Shown here: positions 8,925 through 18,384 of the stretch, piece by piece
How the letters are laid out: each line of letters opens with the position of its first letter
How positions within the stretch are numbered: the stretch's first letter is position 1
Origin: Thermoprotei archaeon
GTDB lineage: Archaea; Thermoproteota; Thermoprotei; Thermoproteales; B15-G16
Direction: 5' to 3'
Assembly (NCBI GenBank): GCA_003649205.1
Contig: QMRC01000001.1
Location: forward strand, 1 to 64,000
DNA length: 64,000 nucleotides
Position numbers and translations under genes: made by a program
The notes under the pieces: generated by a model
What the model saw: only the letters and a program-made list of their open reading frames with translations
The model's database searches: none
What the model was told of the DNA's origin: nothing

Positions 8925-9779
8925 CTAGTACCAGTACCTCCTCCTTACAACATAGACAACCCTAACTAAGGTCCTCATTAACCATAAGAGGAAGAGAAGC
9001 GTTAGGAATGACGATACGTAACCAAGCTTAATCCTACCACCTCCAACGATACTAACGTAAGCAACACCAAGGTACCTAGGCTCGATCTTGAGAGAAAGCG
9101 GTTCCTCCTCAATTTCATAAGCGAGTAACCTCCTACCTACGAACCTACTAGGTGTCCAACCAAAGGGATTGTTCCTACCTGTAGCTTCAACCCAAATCCA
9201 ACCACGTTCACCTCTAAAAGTCCAGATAACGTTAGCTCTCCTGTAATCAGGCAAATAGAGGAGAACAGCTGCGTGACCTGGAGCGAGGACTATAGCTACT
9301 CTGAAACCAGCTGCCTTATACATAACAGCTAGGAGAACAGCATAGTCCTCACAATCACCATACGCAATACCTCTCTCAAGTAGCTTCACAGCTAACTCAT
9401 CAGCGTTCTGAGCATACTCCCTAACACCAAATTGTTCACGATCAGCTAGGTAACGAATGTGATCTCTAACGAAGTAGAAGATAGCTTCAGCAAGACGATG
9501 CCTATCATGATACCTCTCAGCGAACTTCCTACCAAGTTCATAAGCGACATCACGGAACTTACCCAAGCTCTCGAACACTATGACAGGTCGAAAGGAATCC
9601 TCACAGATCTGAAAGAAACCATCTCTACCCCATGCCCTAGTCCTACAGATACCCCACTCATCGAAGATCTCACTACCAACCCTAGTGAACCTACGGGATG
9701 CAACACAGAAACAAAGAGGAAGTGAAGCGAGAACTATGAGGATAAGGAGCAAAGAGATACAGCGCCTCAGAATAATCAC
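8925..9779 (-). CDS. Membrane-anchored transglutaminase-like (Cys-His-acid) protein
   Basis: GDCEDYAVLL, GHAAV, WIWVEATG; N-terminal signal peptide and C-terminal TM with RRR tail. Confidence 0.8.
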   Translation of the reverse strand: MIILRRCISLLLILIVLASLPLCFCVASRRFTRVGSEIFDEWGICRTRAWGRDGFFQICEDSFRPVIVFESLGKFRDVAYELGRKFAERYHDRHRLAEAIFYFVRDHIRYLADREQFGVREYAQNADELAVKLLERGIAYGDCEDYAVLLAVMYKAAGFRVAIVLAPGHAAVLLYLPDYRRANVIWTFRGERGWIWVEATGRNNPFGWTPSRFVGRRLLAYEIEEEPLSLKIEPRYLGVAYVSIVGGGRIKLGYVSSFLTLLFLLWLMRTLVRVVYVVRRRYWY

Positions 9780-9784
9780 CTCAA

Positions 9785-10294
9785 CTAGATGGGCATAGCT
9801 AGAACAGCATGAACTATTAGACCGAAGAACACTAAGTAGCTAAAGACACATACACCAACAGCAATAGGATCCTTCTCGATGTTCATGAACGGTATCCTAG
9901 GTGTAAGCTTATCAGCTATGTAAAACATAGCGACACCAAGCAGTACACTGACAAAGAAGCAAATAGTCATGACGCACAACCTCCTAACATCAAAGATAAC
10001 CTCCAGAATTGGACCACCGAGAGCAGCCGGAGTCGTTAAGACACCATGTATGACGAGTCCCATGAAGATGAAGAGACCAGCAATAAAGAGACCAACCGAT
10101 ATAGGGTGCTCACCAACGAGCTCACGCTTTGGAATCTTTGGAATAAGTACATCCATCAACCGAATACCTAGAACAGCAAGGAAGGAACAGGTAAATACTA
10201 GAAACACAGCTCTAGCAATCCACACAAGAACAAGCAGGTAAAATGAAACCTCCGAAATAAATACCATAGAGCAAGCACCCAGCGTAACAGACAC
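9785..10294 (-). CDS. Small membrane protein with tandem DUF350-like repeats
   Basis: Internal repeat MDVLIPKIPKRELVGEHPISVG / ADKLTPRIPFMNIEKDPIAVG. Confidence 0.6.
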   Translation of the reverse strand: MSVTLGACSMVFISEVSFYLLVLVWIARAVFLVFTCSFLAVLGIRLMDVLIPKIPKRELVGEHPISVGLFIAGLFIFMGLVIHGVLTTPAALGGPILEVIFDVRRLCVMTICFFVSVLLGVAMFYIADKLTPRIPFMNIEKDPIAVGVCVFSYLVFFGLIVHAVLAMPI

Positions 10295-10639
10295 GTAACA
10301 ACAACATAAAACTAACTATGATTACAGTATAAGGAACTCACACAGCAGGGAATCCCTCAAGGAGGAATATACGATCAAGGGTAGAAGCAGTACCTGGTAT
10401 TTGAGGTCTATCTACTACGGATACTGCTTCAGACGTTGAGGCTTGGATGACTATACCTCATGTAGCTATCAAAGTAACAACACACAGTGGTAGGTTTAGA
10501 ATAACTGGGTTCCTAACTACACACATCTACGTAATGCCTGTAGGAACAGAGAGTTAAAGGATTCTTCTCTTACACAAAACTTCTCTTCCCTCCTTCTTAA
10601 TCATACTTCTTCGGAAAATGAATATATCACTGCTTGTAG

Positions 10640-11380
10640 ATGCAGGTATACATGAGCTATCAACCTGTTCACATACTAGCTAGACCTGAGGACATTGCAC
10701 CTAGAGTAGTTGCAGCGGGTGATCCTGCTAGAGTTGAGTTACTTGCTAAGTTACTCGAGGATCCTAGGTTAGTGAATACGAATAGAGGTTTCATAACGTA
10801 CACAGGTAAGTACCGAGGTACCTTGATTACCGTTGCTACTCACGGTATTGGTGGTCCTTCCGCCGCTATTGTGTTCGAAGAATTGGTCATGTTAGGTGCT
10901 AAGGTAATTGTTAGGTTCGGTACCGCTGGTGGACTCATACCTGAATTACATGTTGGTGATGTTGTTGTACCTACAGGTGCTCACTACAATCCAGGTGGTA
11001 CAATAGGTATGTACATTCCTGATGGAGTGGTATCTGCTGTACCTGACTTCGAGGTGACTAGGGTGCTCATTGATACGTTGAGAGGGCATGGTATTGAAGT
11101 CTACTTAGGTCCTGTAATTACGAGTGATGCATTCTATGCTGAAACCGAGGACTTCATCAAGAAGTGGGTCAGTAGAGGTGCTATTGCTGTTGAGATGGAG
11201 TGTGCAACTCTCTTCACGATAGGTCTCCTCAGAAAGGTTAAGACAGGTGCTGTGCTTGTGATAAGTGACAGCTTAGTGCATCCGGAGGAGCGTAGAATGA
11301 AAACAGCTGAGGAGCTTAAGGCTAGAGCACTTGAAGTCGGTAGAGCTGTACTAGATGCAGTGACGAGGGTTACGGTGTAA
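10640..11380 (+). CDS. Purine/uridine nucleoside phosphorylase (PNP_UDP, hexameric type)
   Basis: GDPARV, HGIGGPSAAI, RFGTAGG, SDAFY, VEMECA. Confidence 0.93.
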   Translation: MQVYMSYQPVHILARPEDIAPRVVAAGDPARVELLAKLLEDPRLVNTNRGFITYTGKYRGTLITVATHGIGGPSAAIVFEELVMLGAKVIVRFGTAGGLIPELHVGDVVVPTGAHYNPGGTIGMYIPDGVVSAVPDFEVTRVLIDTLRGHGIEVYLGPVITSDAFYAETEDFIKKWVSRGAIAVEMECATLFTIGLLRKVKTGAVLVISDSLVHPEERRMKTAEELKARALEVGRAVLDAVTRVTV

Positions 11381-11421
11381 GTTCTTTAAGTCACGAACCT
11401 ATACACTGTTTCTCGATTATT

Positions 11422-11470
11422 GTGATGATCGCTTCGCCCGACTGATTGATGATGTTGAGAGTAGTGCTGA
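11422..11470 (+). ncRNA. Box C/D sRNA
   Basis: C GTGATGA 11422, D' CTGA 11442, C' TTGATGA 11446, D CTGA 11467; 13-14 nt guides; intergenic. Confidence 0.85.
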
Positions 11471-11473
11471 TTA

Positions 11474-12094
11474 CTAGATTAGTGGTAGCTTTAGATGCAG
11501 CGATGATATCCTAGCTACCCTAGCTCTCAACTCAGCTACGGGATCAGTTGAGTTATCTACCCTAATCACTATTGGTCTTATACCTGGTTCAGTGTAGACT
11601 ATTGCTGCACTTCTATCCCCTCTAGCATCTCCACCAGCTTCGTGACCTACCTCAAGTGCTCTAAGTACTCTAGTTAGTGGGTGTAGTGCTGATGTTCTAA
11701 TCATTTCCTCAAACATCGCTTCAACAACTTCCTCACTAATTAGGCAATTACCACCACAAACAAAGTTTGGACCTACTCTAACATACTTGACATCTGGACA
11801 GTACCTACCTGTATGATGACCTGTATCTCCACGACATGAAGCTACGAGAACTTGTCTGTACTCTGGTTCTGGATCCGTCTTAAGTGCTTCCTCGATAGCT
11901 TTCTTACAGCTGTAACCTCTCTCGAGCAATGATAGTATCAGTGGGCCTAGAGCAACATTCGTGTAACCCTGTGTAGCTACTGCTCCCACACCCTCCTTTA
12001 CCCACGGTACTCTAGTCCCTACTGCTATACTTCCAGAGACTACACCGACAACAGCTACCCCTCTTGGAGTTGCTAGTACGATGGTATATGTCAT
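11474..12094 (-). CDS. DUF1028 Ntn-hydrolase-like protein
   Basis: N-terminal TYTIV, GAVATQ, EYRQ, GGDARGDRSAA. Confidence 0.85.
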   Translation of the reverse strand: MTYTIVLATPRGVAVVGVVSGSIAVGTRVPWVKEGVGAVATQGYTNVALGPLILSLLERGYSCKKAIEEALKTDPEPEYRQVLVASCRGDTGHHTGRYCPDVKYVRVGPNFVCGGNCLISEEVVEAMFEEMIRTSALHPLTRVLRALEVGHEAGGDARGDRSAAIVYTEPGIRPIVIRVDNSTDPVAELRARVARISSLHLKLPLI

Positions 12095-12118
12095 GGTACT
12101 CCGACTACTACATGAGTT

Positions 12119-12499
12119 TTAGGGTATATATGCTATTGCTTCTACCTCTATATCAGCATTGAGAGGTAGGTTAGGTACCTCAATGACCACTCTAGCTGGT
12201 GGTTTCTCTCTAAAGTACTCGCTGTATACTTTGTTGAATTCCTGAAACTTACTTATGTCCTTGAGGTATACAGTCACCTTAACCACATTATCTAGTGTCC
12301 CACCCGCAGCCTCTACAATAGCTTTAATATTCTCTAGAACTCTCCTAACCTTATCCTCAAAAGCTCCATCTACTAACTTACCTGTTGTAGGATCGATGGG
12401 TATTTGTCCTGATATGAAGAGAAAGTTACCTACCTTAACACCTTGACTATAGGGACCTACAGGTTTTGGTGCCTTACCCGTGTACACTACCTCCTTCAT
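12119..12499 (-). CDS. ridA: RidA enamine/imine deaminase
   Basis: [29 protein letters not shown]. Confidence 0.95.
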   Translation of the reverse strand: MKEVVYTGKAPKPVGPYSQGVKVGNFLFISGQIPIDPTTGKLVDGAFEDKVRRVLENIKAIVEAAGGTLDNVVKVTVYLKDISKFQEFNKVYSEYFREKPPARVVIEVPNLPLNADIEVEAIAYIP

Positions 12500-12508
12500 T
12501 TGATCACC

Positions 12509-13753
12509 TCAGAGTATTGATGCTCTGTAACCTAGTTTAGATATTTCTTGAAGAACTTCATCAACAATCGCTCTGGAGGGTGCTTCGAAGGTTATCGTGA
12601 CCACAGCTTCCATCGGCTTCAGCTCAGGTGTAGATCTGTCATGCTGAATGTCAATTATGTTCGCTCTAGCTCTAGCAAGTACTTGTAGTATTTCCTTCAG
12701 TGTACCGGGTACGTCAGGAAGTACAACCCTAATCCTCACAACACGTCCTAACTTAACAAGCTCTCTGTTTACTACCCTGAGAAGTGTAGTCATGTCAATG
12801 TTACCACCGCTAACCACAACAACTACCTTCCTCCCTTCAACCTGTACCTTACCGGAGAGAAGAGCAGCAACGCCAACAGCACCCGCACCCTCGACAACTA
12901 CCTTACACCTCTCGAGCAGGAAGAATATAGCTTCAGCTATCTCATCCTCAGAGACCAAGACAAAGTCATCAACCAACTCCCTAACGAGAGGAAGTGTTAA
13001 GGTACCTGGTTTCTTAACTACAATCCCATCAGCTAGACTAGCTCTGGCAGTGACCTCAATGAGCTTACCCGACCTCCATGAGAGAGCCATAGCAGGTGCT
13101 GCCTCAGCTTGAACACCAATCACCTTGATGCCCTTTCTCCTCATCTTGAGTGCGGTGGCTATACCTGATATCAAACCTCCTCCACCTACAGGTACTATCA
13201 CGACATCTACATCAGGTAGATCTTCAAGGATTTCGAGACCTATAGTGCCTTGACCAGCAATGACGTCGAGATCGTCATAGGGGTGTACGAATGCTCTACC
13301 CTCAGCTCTCGCTATCTCGAGAGCTTTCTCAACGGCTTCATCAACGATAGATCCGTGGAGTATGACCTCAGCACCGTAGTTTCTCGTAGCCTCTACCTTA
13401 GCTAGAGGTGCCGTATAGGGCATAACAATTTTAGCACTAACCCCTAACCTAGATGCTGAGTAAGCAACACCCTGTGCATGATTACCAGCTGAAGCGGCGA
13501 CGACCCCTCTCCTCTTCTCTTCATCGCTTAACCTCCATATCTTGTAGTATGCACCACGTACCTTAAATGAACCAGTCTTCTGAAGATTCTCCAACTTAAG
13601 GTACACAGAACACCTACACAACCTCGAGAGAGTAGTTGAGTAATCTAGTGGTGTCCTCCTAATGTCACCAGATCGCTCTAGAACATCCTTAGCCTCAAGT
13701 ACTCTAGAGTACACGGCACGAACTAGATCTGAGGTACTAGGTACATAGCTCAC
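12509..13753 (-). CDS. ilvA: Threonine ammonia-lyase (PLP) with C-terminal ACT domain
   Basis: LKLENLQKTGSFKVRGA, SAGNHAQG, VGGGGLISG, SGGNID. Confidence 0.93.
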   Translation of the reverse strand: MSYVPSTSDLVRAVYSRVLEAKDVLERSGDIRRTPLDYSTTLSRLCRCSVYLKLENLQKTGSFKVRGAYYKIWRLSDEEKRRGVVAASAGNHAQGVAYSASRLGVSAKIVMPYTAPLAKVEATRNYGAEVILHGSIVDEAVEKALEIARAEGRAFVHPYDDLDVIAGQGTIGLEILEDLPDVDVVIVPVGGGGLISGIATALKMRRKGIKVIGVQAEAAPAMALSWRSGKLIEVTARASLADGIVVKKPGTLTLPLVRELVDDFVLVSEDEIAEAIFFLLERCKVVVEGAGAVGVAALLSGKVQVEGRKVVVVVSGGNIDMTTLLRVVNRELVKLGRVVRIRVVLPDVPGTLKEILQVLARARANIIDIQHDRSTPELKPMEAVVTITFEAPSRAIVDEVLQEISKLGYRASIL

Positions 13754-13860
13754 GTAACCACCACATATGTTAACATCTAAATCTCTAAAATACCTTCGAG
13801 CTATAGGTCAAGTAGAGGAGATGACGTCTGGGTAGAACTAAGTTACTTCACCTACTAATC

Positions 13861-14703
13861 GTGATCACAGCACTGTCAGCACTAGCTACGTATGTACTAG
13901 CTACCATCACAACACCACACACAGTAACGACTGTACTCATACCATCACTAGCAATAGCAATACCGCTCATACTACGTGACCCTAACCTAGGTGGGGTTAA
14001 GAGACCAAGTACAGCTCTCGCACTAACCCTCTACACGCTCTTCATACTTGTAAGAGTACTCCAAGTAATGTACTACAAGTCACAAGGCTACCATAGCTAC
14101 ATGTTAGAGAAAACCTATGGATCATACCTACTACTCCTAGTAATCGCCCTATATTCACTAAATCGTAGTGTACTAGGTCTCGAAGGTATCTCTACCAAGA
14201 AATTAAGGTCATCGATCGTTGTCTGTAGCATCCTCATCACAGTGCACACTACAGTGGTACTGTACTCTGTTTTCAACATGAAGGACTTAGTAACCTACCT
14301 CTACCTAAACTCAAGCTACATACCGTACTACCTAGTAAATAGCTTCTTTGAGGAACTACTCTTTCGTGGATTCATCCTCACAGCACTAGCACAGAGAGTT
14401 AGTGAAGTGAATGCCGTCCTCATCCAAGCTACGCTATTCGGTATATGGCATGTACCTCATCACATAGTTGGTAGCTCAGCTATACCGTGTGTGATTCACG
14501 TGATATTTTCAATTGAGGTGGGTACTGTTCTTGGGATAGCTAGGTTACTTAGTAACAGTATACTCATCCCTATACTACTGCACACGTTCGTGAACTCCAT
14601 CCCAATACTCGTAACCGCATCACCAGCATTAGAGCTACTTCTCTACTCAATAGCTCCTATAGCTTCACTACTACTCTACGTACTCTACAAGTCTCGCATC
14701 TAG
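13861..14703 (+). CDS. CPBP/Abi (CAAX) intramembrane metalloprotease
   Basis: FFEELLFRG, LFGIWH, LHTFVN. Confidence 0.9.
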   Translation: MITALSALATYVLATITTPHTVTTVLIPSLAIAIPLILRDPNLGGVKRPSTALALTLYTLFILVRVLQVMYYKSQGYHSYMLEKTYGSYLLLLVIALYSLNRSVLGLEGISTKKLRSSIVVCSILITVHTTVVLYSVFNMKDLVTYLYLNSSYIPYYLVNSFFEELLFRGFILTALAQRVSEVNAVLIQATLFGIWHVPHHIVGSSAIPCVIHVIFSIEVGTVLGIARLLSNSILIPILLHTFVNSIPILVTASPALELLLYSIAPIASLLLYVLYKSRI

Positions 14704-15909
14704 AAACCACGTAATGTACTTCAAGTACTCAACAACATCACCACACACCACTACATGGTGATTACCGCTAAGCTCATCAATTACAGTCCTCGCATCGTGA
14801 CCAGGTACCTCACAAAGTAACTGTGTCCTACAGATATCACTAAACATAACCCCGCTCGCTACACCACGTACCTTCATAACATATACATCACTACTATCCT
14901 CATCAACTCTCACAAGAGTGTACGTACCTAACCCCAATCTACCTCCTACACTAATTGGTTTACCTGTTTCAAAGTGAGGTAGCAATACAGCATCCTCACA
15001 GAGGTTTAGAGCAATAGTACAGTGAGCTAAAGCAAGTAAGCCACCTCGAATACCACAGACATTACATACCCAACCTGGTCTACCAGTCAGCTCCGTAGCT
15101 ACCTTTACCGGAATATACGTAGTGAGATCACCTTCACAGAGCGCAGTACATCCTTCAGCTAGTAGTAGAGCAATTACGACACAGGGAGTTACCCCGAATT
15201 CATCAATGAAGTTAAAGCAGTCAATTGTTACAGCACCACATCTCCTCTCCTTCAGTAACTTAGTGATAGCTCGATAGTGTAGGTATAGTTCTCGAACTAT
15301 ATCACCACTAATGCCTTGAAGTTTAACAAACGTAGCGAGTCTAGTGCTGAATACTCTCGTACTCTCCTCATCTACATTAGATCTAACTTCACGAGCGAAA
15401 TCCAAGTACTCGTTAAGCTTCACCTTCACAACTTCAATACCTAAGCGCTCGAGTAGGGGTGGTTTCCTAGGTACTGAATCACCTATGTACAGCACCCTAT
15501 CGTGGTAACACGGTAGTAGTCCCTGCAGACCCCTACAGATACGTACCAGTGACTTAGCTACATCATCTACTGAGTTTGAGTGAAGGAGTAGACACATGTT
15601 CCTCAATCTGGACTTAAGTGTGAGTGCTGATGGTAGGCTATTGAGGCCGTAGTGAGCTACTGCAACTACCTTCCTCCTGGTTTTCTCAGCTAGATTCTGA
15701 GCTAATCTAGCTGTTCCTCCAGTTAATAGCAGTAGCAGTATTAGGTCGTATCCACGTACCTTCTCTAAGTTGATATCCTTCTCATCTAGTACCAATTGGT
15801 GGAATTCTATTCCTAGTTCTCGAAGTCTAGATTTAAAGAGGTGGAGAAGTTTTAGGTATGTGCTAGGATCATGTTTTCTAGATGCTATCGGTACCGCTAT
15901 TACCCTCAC
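14671..15909 (-). CDS. L-fucose/L-arabinose isomerase-like protein
   Basis: TGGT, IDCF, CEGD, AHCTI, HFETG, CRTQ, GNHHVV. Confidence 0.75.
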   Translation of the reverse strand: MRVIAVPIASRKHDPSTYLKLLHLFKSRLRELGIEFHQLVLDEKDINLEKVRGYDLILLLLLTGGTARLAQNLAEKTRRKVVAVAHYGLNSLPSALTLKSRLRNMCLLLHSNSVDDVAKSLVRICRGLQGLLPCYHDRVLYIGDSVPRKPPLLERLGIEVVKVKLNEYLDFAREVRSNVDEESTRVFSTRLATFVKLQGISGDIVRELYLHYRAITKLLKERRCGAVTIDCFNFIDEFGVTPCVVIALLLAEGCTALCEGDLTTYIPVKVATELTGRPGWVCNVCGIRGGLLALAHCTIALNLCEDAVLLPHFETGKPISVGGRLGLGTYTLVRVDEDSSDVYVMKVRGVASGVMFSDICRTQLLCEVPGHDARTVIDELSGNHHVVVCGDVVEYLKYITWFLDARLVEYVE

Positions 15910-15921
15910 TTAGGTACTCAC

Positions 15922-17004
15922 CTACTCTAGCGGTACTGACTTCACTGCTGATAGTAGTTCATTTAGATCGACTTCAGCAAATCCTATGAATGAGTCTGAT
16001 GCTCCATAGGTGATGAGGAGCTTATCTCCATACCTCTGTGCTCCACATGGGAATACTACGTATGGTCTATCCCCATACTTCTCATAAGGAGTCCTAGGCT
16101 CCATAATGTAGTACGGAGTCACACCAGAGATGACGAGGTTCCTACCATCGTACTTCAGTAATACGGCGAATACGCGATATACCTCGTCTAGACCCTTACC
16201 ATGAGCTAGAACTAGGTACTCATCCTCACTTACCCTAATTGGTGCTGTATTCCACCCAATTCTCTCTTCAAATTCAGCAGGTAATGCTAGTATGCAGTTT
16301 CTCTCAAGTGGTATTTCAGATACCTCTGTTGTTTGCATTGCAGATGCAAGTCTCTCCTTACTTACTTCCCCATACCATAGACTTGGTGGAAAGTTCTCTA
16401 AATGTGGTCTATGAAGTAGGAATACCTTGTCGGCTACCTGTAGGAGTACTGCATCTTTATTGCTTACAAGGTAGTTTCTCAGTGGCCATGGTAGTGTGAA
16501 GTACGCTACTTTACTCCACCTACGTATACCATCCTCTGAGATCGCTAATATGGGTACTGTTCTCTCTGTTCTCCTGTGACTGAAGTAGAAGCAGGTTCTA
16601 CCTGTGTAGACCATAGCTACCTGTCCATTGAGGTATTGTGCTCTAGGGTCTTCACAACCCCACATATCGGTTTTTGTATCTGGTCCAATGATTATCTCTG
16701 CTGGGTAGTGGCTATAGTTCACGTATCCCTCATATAGATCCTCTAGCTTGATCTCTAGGTAAGCTATCGCACTTACGTACTTGTAGTAACCTAGGATTAT
16801 TCTCGTATAGACCATTAGTTCCTCTCCTCTACTCAGTAGGAAGGATGCGTTGAATGCTGTTACTGGGAATCTTCTTGGGTAGTTTTTGAGGAATATTCTC
16901 TCTGGTGATAGTATTCCTAACCTCTTTGCCATATCTTTGGTTTCAGGCTTTCTAACTTCATTAACCTTCTTAGAGCAGTTAGCTATGTCGAGCATAGCAC
17001 ACAT
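15922..17004 (-). CDS. GH130 mannoside phosphorylase/glycosidase
   Basis: AFNAS, GCEDPR, NKDAVL, LHRP, VVFPCGA, YGASD. Confidence 0.88.
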   Translation of the reverse strand: MCAMLDIANCSKKVNEVRKPETKDMAKRLGILSPERIFLKNYPRRFPVTAFNASFLLSRGEELMVYTRIILGYYKYVSAIAYLEIKLEDLYEGYVNYSHYPAEIIIGPDTKTDMWGCEDPRAQYLNGQVAMVYTGRTCFYFSHRRTERTVPILAISEDGIRRWSKVAYFTLPWPLRNYLVSNKDAVLLQVADKVFLLHRPHLENFPPSLWYGEVSKERLASAMQTTEVSEIPLERNCILALPAEFEERIGWNTAPIRVSEDEYLVLAHGKGLDEVYRVFAVLLKYDGRNLVISGVTPYYIMEPRTPYEKYGDRPYVVFPCGAQRYGDKLLITYGASDSFIGFAEVDLNELLSAVKSVPLE

Positions 17005-17053
17005 ACCTATCTCACTAGTCCGCTATTAAGATTTAATAGTCTGTTGGTTTGTT

Positions 17054-18043
17054 GTGTACGCGATGGTGGTAGCTCGCTGCCATAGGTGTGGCGCATCCGC
17101 TGAAGTGTACTTACCCTACGCTAGGATGTGGTTTTGCTCACGTCACTTCACTGAGTACGTAGTTGATAGGGTTAGGTCTTCTCTCAAGAGATATGGTATG
17201 ATTAAGCTAGGAGATTCAGTATTGGTATGTGTTTCAGGTGGTAAGGATAGTATTACGTTGCTTGATGTTTTGTGGTGTTTAAGAGATGAGTTTTCTCTTG
17301 ATATTAAGGTTCTTCACGTAGATCTAGGTATTGGTGAGTACTCAGTTAAGTGTAGGGAAGTTATTGAGAAGGTTGCTGAGAGGTACGGTATTAGACCAAT
17401 GATTCTCTACGTTAAGCGTATTCTCGGTATGGATGTAGGTGCCATAGCTAGGAGAGTTAGGAGGAGTACGTGTAGTGTATGTGGTTTAGTTAAGAGGTAT
17501 CTCATAAACTACGTAGCTGATGTCCTAGATGTATCTGCTGTTGCTACTGGTCATACACTCGATGATTTGACTATGTACATACTGAAGCTATTTATCACGC
17601 AAGACCTTACTCAGCTAAGTAGGTTGAGGCCATATCTAGAGGGAGTTCCTGAAGTTGGCTTGAGAGCTAGGATTAAGCCGCTTTGCGAGATAAGTGAGTT
17701 TGAGACTAGTACCTACGTGAAGCTACTTGGTCTCCCACACGTAGTTGCTAAGTGTCCCTACATTAATCCAGAGAGTATAGACCTCAAGATAAAGGAATTT
17801 CTCACTAGTCTTGAAGATAGGTCGCCAGGTCTCAAGCTAAGTCTACTACGTAATTACCTGAGGAAGTTAGCCCCTATACTGATGCGGTATCTTGGTGAGG
17901 ACAAGGTCGGGATCAATAGGTGTCGAATATGTTCTCAAGCGACTAGTGGTGAAGTATGTAGTTTCTGTAGACTAATTTCTAAACTTGGTTTAGAGCCTGA
18001 AGAGGTATTGAGGAGGATACGTGAGGAGGTTCTCTCAAGCTAA
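17054..18043 (+). CDS. tRNA 2-thiolation enzyme, TtuA/NcsA family (PP-loop)
   Basis: SGGKDS, CSVCG, TGHTLDD, N- and C-terminal Zn fingers. Confidence 0.88.
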   Translation: MYAMVVARCHRCGASAEVYLPYARMWFCSRHFTEYVVDRVRSSLKRYGMIKLGDSVLVCVSGGKDSITLLDVLWCLRDEFSLDIKVLHVDLGIGEYSVKCREVIEKVAERYGIRPMILYVKRILGMDVGAIARRVRRSTCSVCGLVKRYLINYVADVLDVSAVATGHTLDDLTMYILKLFITQDLTQLSRLRPYLEGVPEVGLRARIKPLCEISEFETSTYVKLLGLPHVVAKCPYINPESIDLKIKEFLTSLEDRSPGLKLSLLRNYLRKLAPILMRYLGEDKVGINRCRICSQATSGEVCSFCRLISKLGLEPEEVLRRIREEVLSS

Positions 18044-18376
18044 TTTCTCCATGTGCTTTACCATCCTATCGAGAATTTCTCGAAATCTCTCACTGTCATT
18101 ACTCTTCATCACGTAGATGAACTCTGTGATACTAATTGTTATACCACATTCTCTCTCAATAGCTCTCACTATGGATTCTATAAAGAAGTCGGTAGTTCTC
18201 TCATCTCCTGCATTAAGAGTCTTCAGTACCTCATACACCTTCCTCGGTTCTTTGACCAATATCTCTGTTGGATCTCGACCTAGTAATCTCTTGAGGTGAA
18301 AGTAGAGTACAGAACCAAGGTTTGGCGCTACATAGTTCAACAATTTGAAGAAGAGTGAGTAGTGAGACATTTTCAA
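18035..18376 (-). CDS. Small hypothetical protein downstream of KaiC-like ATPase
   Basis: 113 aa helical protein, 8 nt from the KaiC-like gene. Confidence 0.6.
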   Translation of the reverse strand: MKMSHYSLFFKLLNYVAPNLGSVLYFHLKRLLGRDPTEILVKEPRKVYEVLKTLNAGDERTTDFFIESIVRAIERECGITISITEFIYVMKSNDSERFREILDRMVKHMEKLA

Positions 18377-18384
18377 TTCATCCT

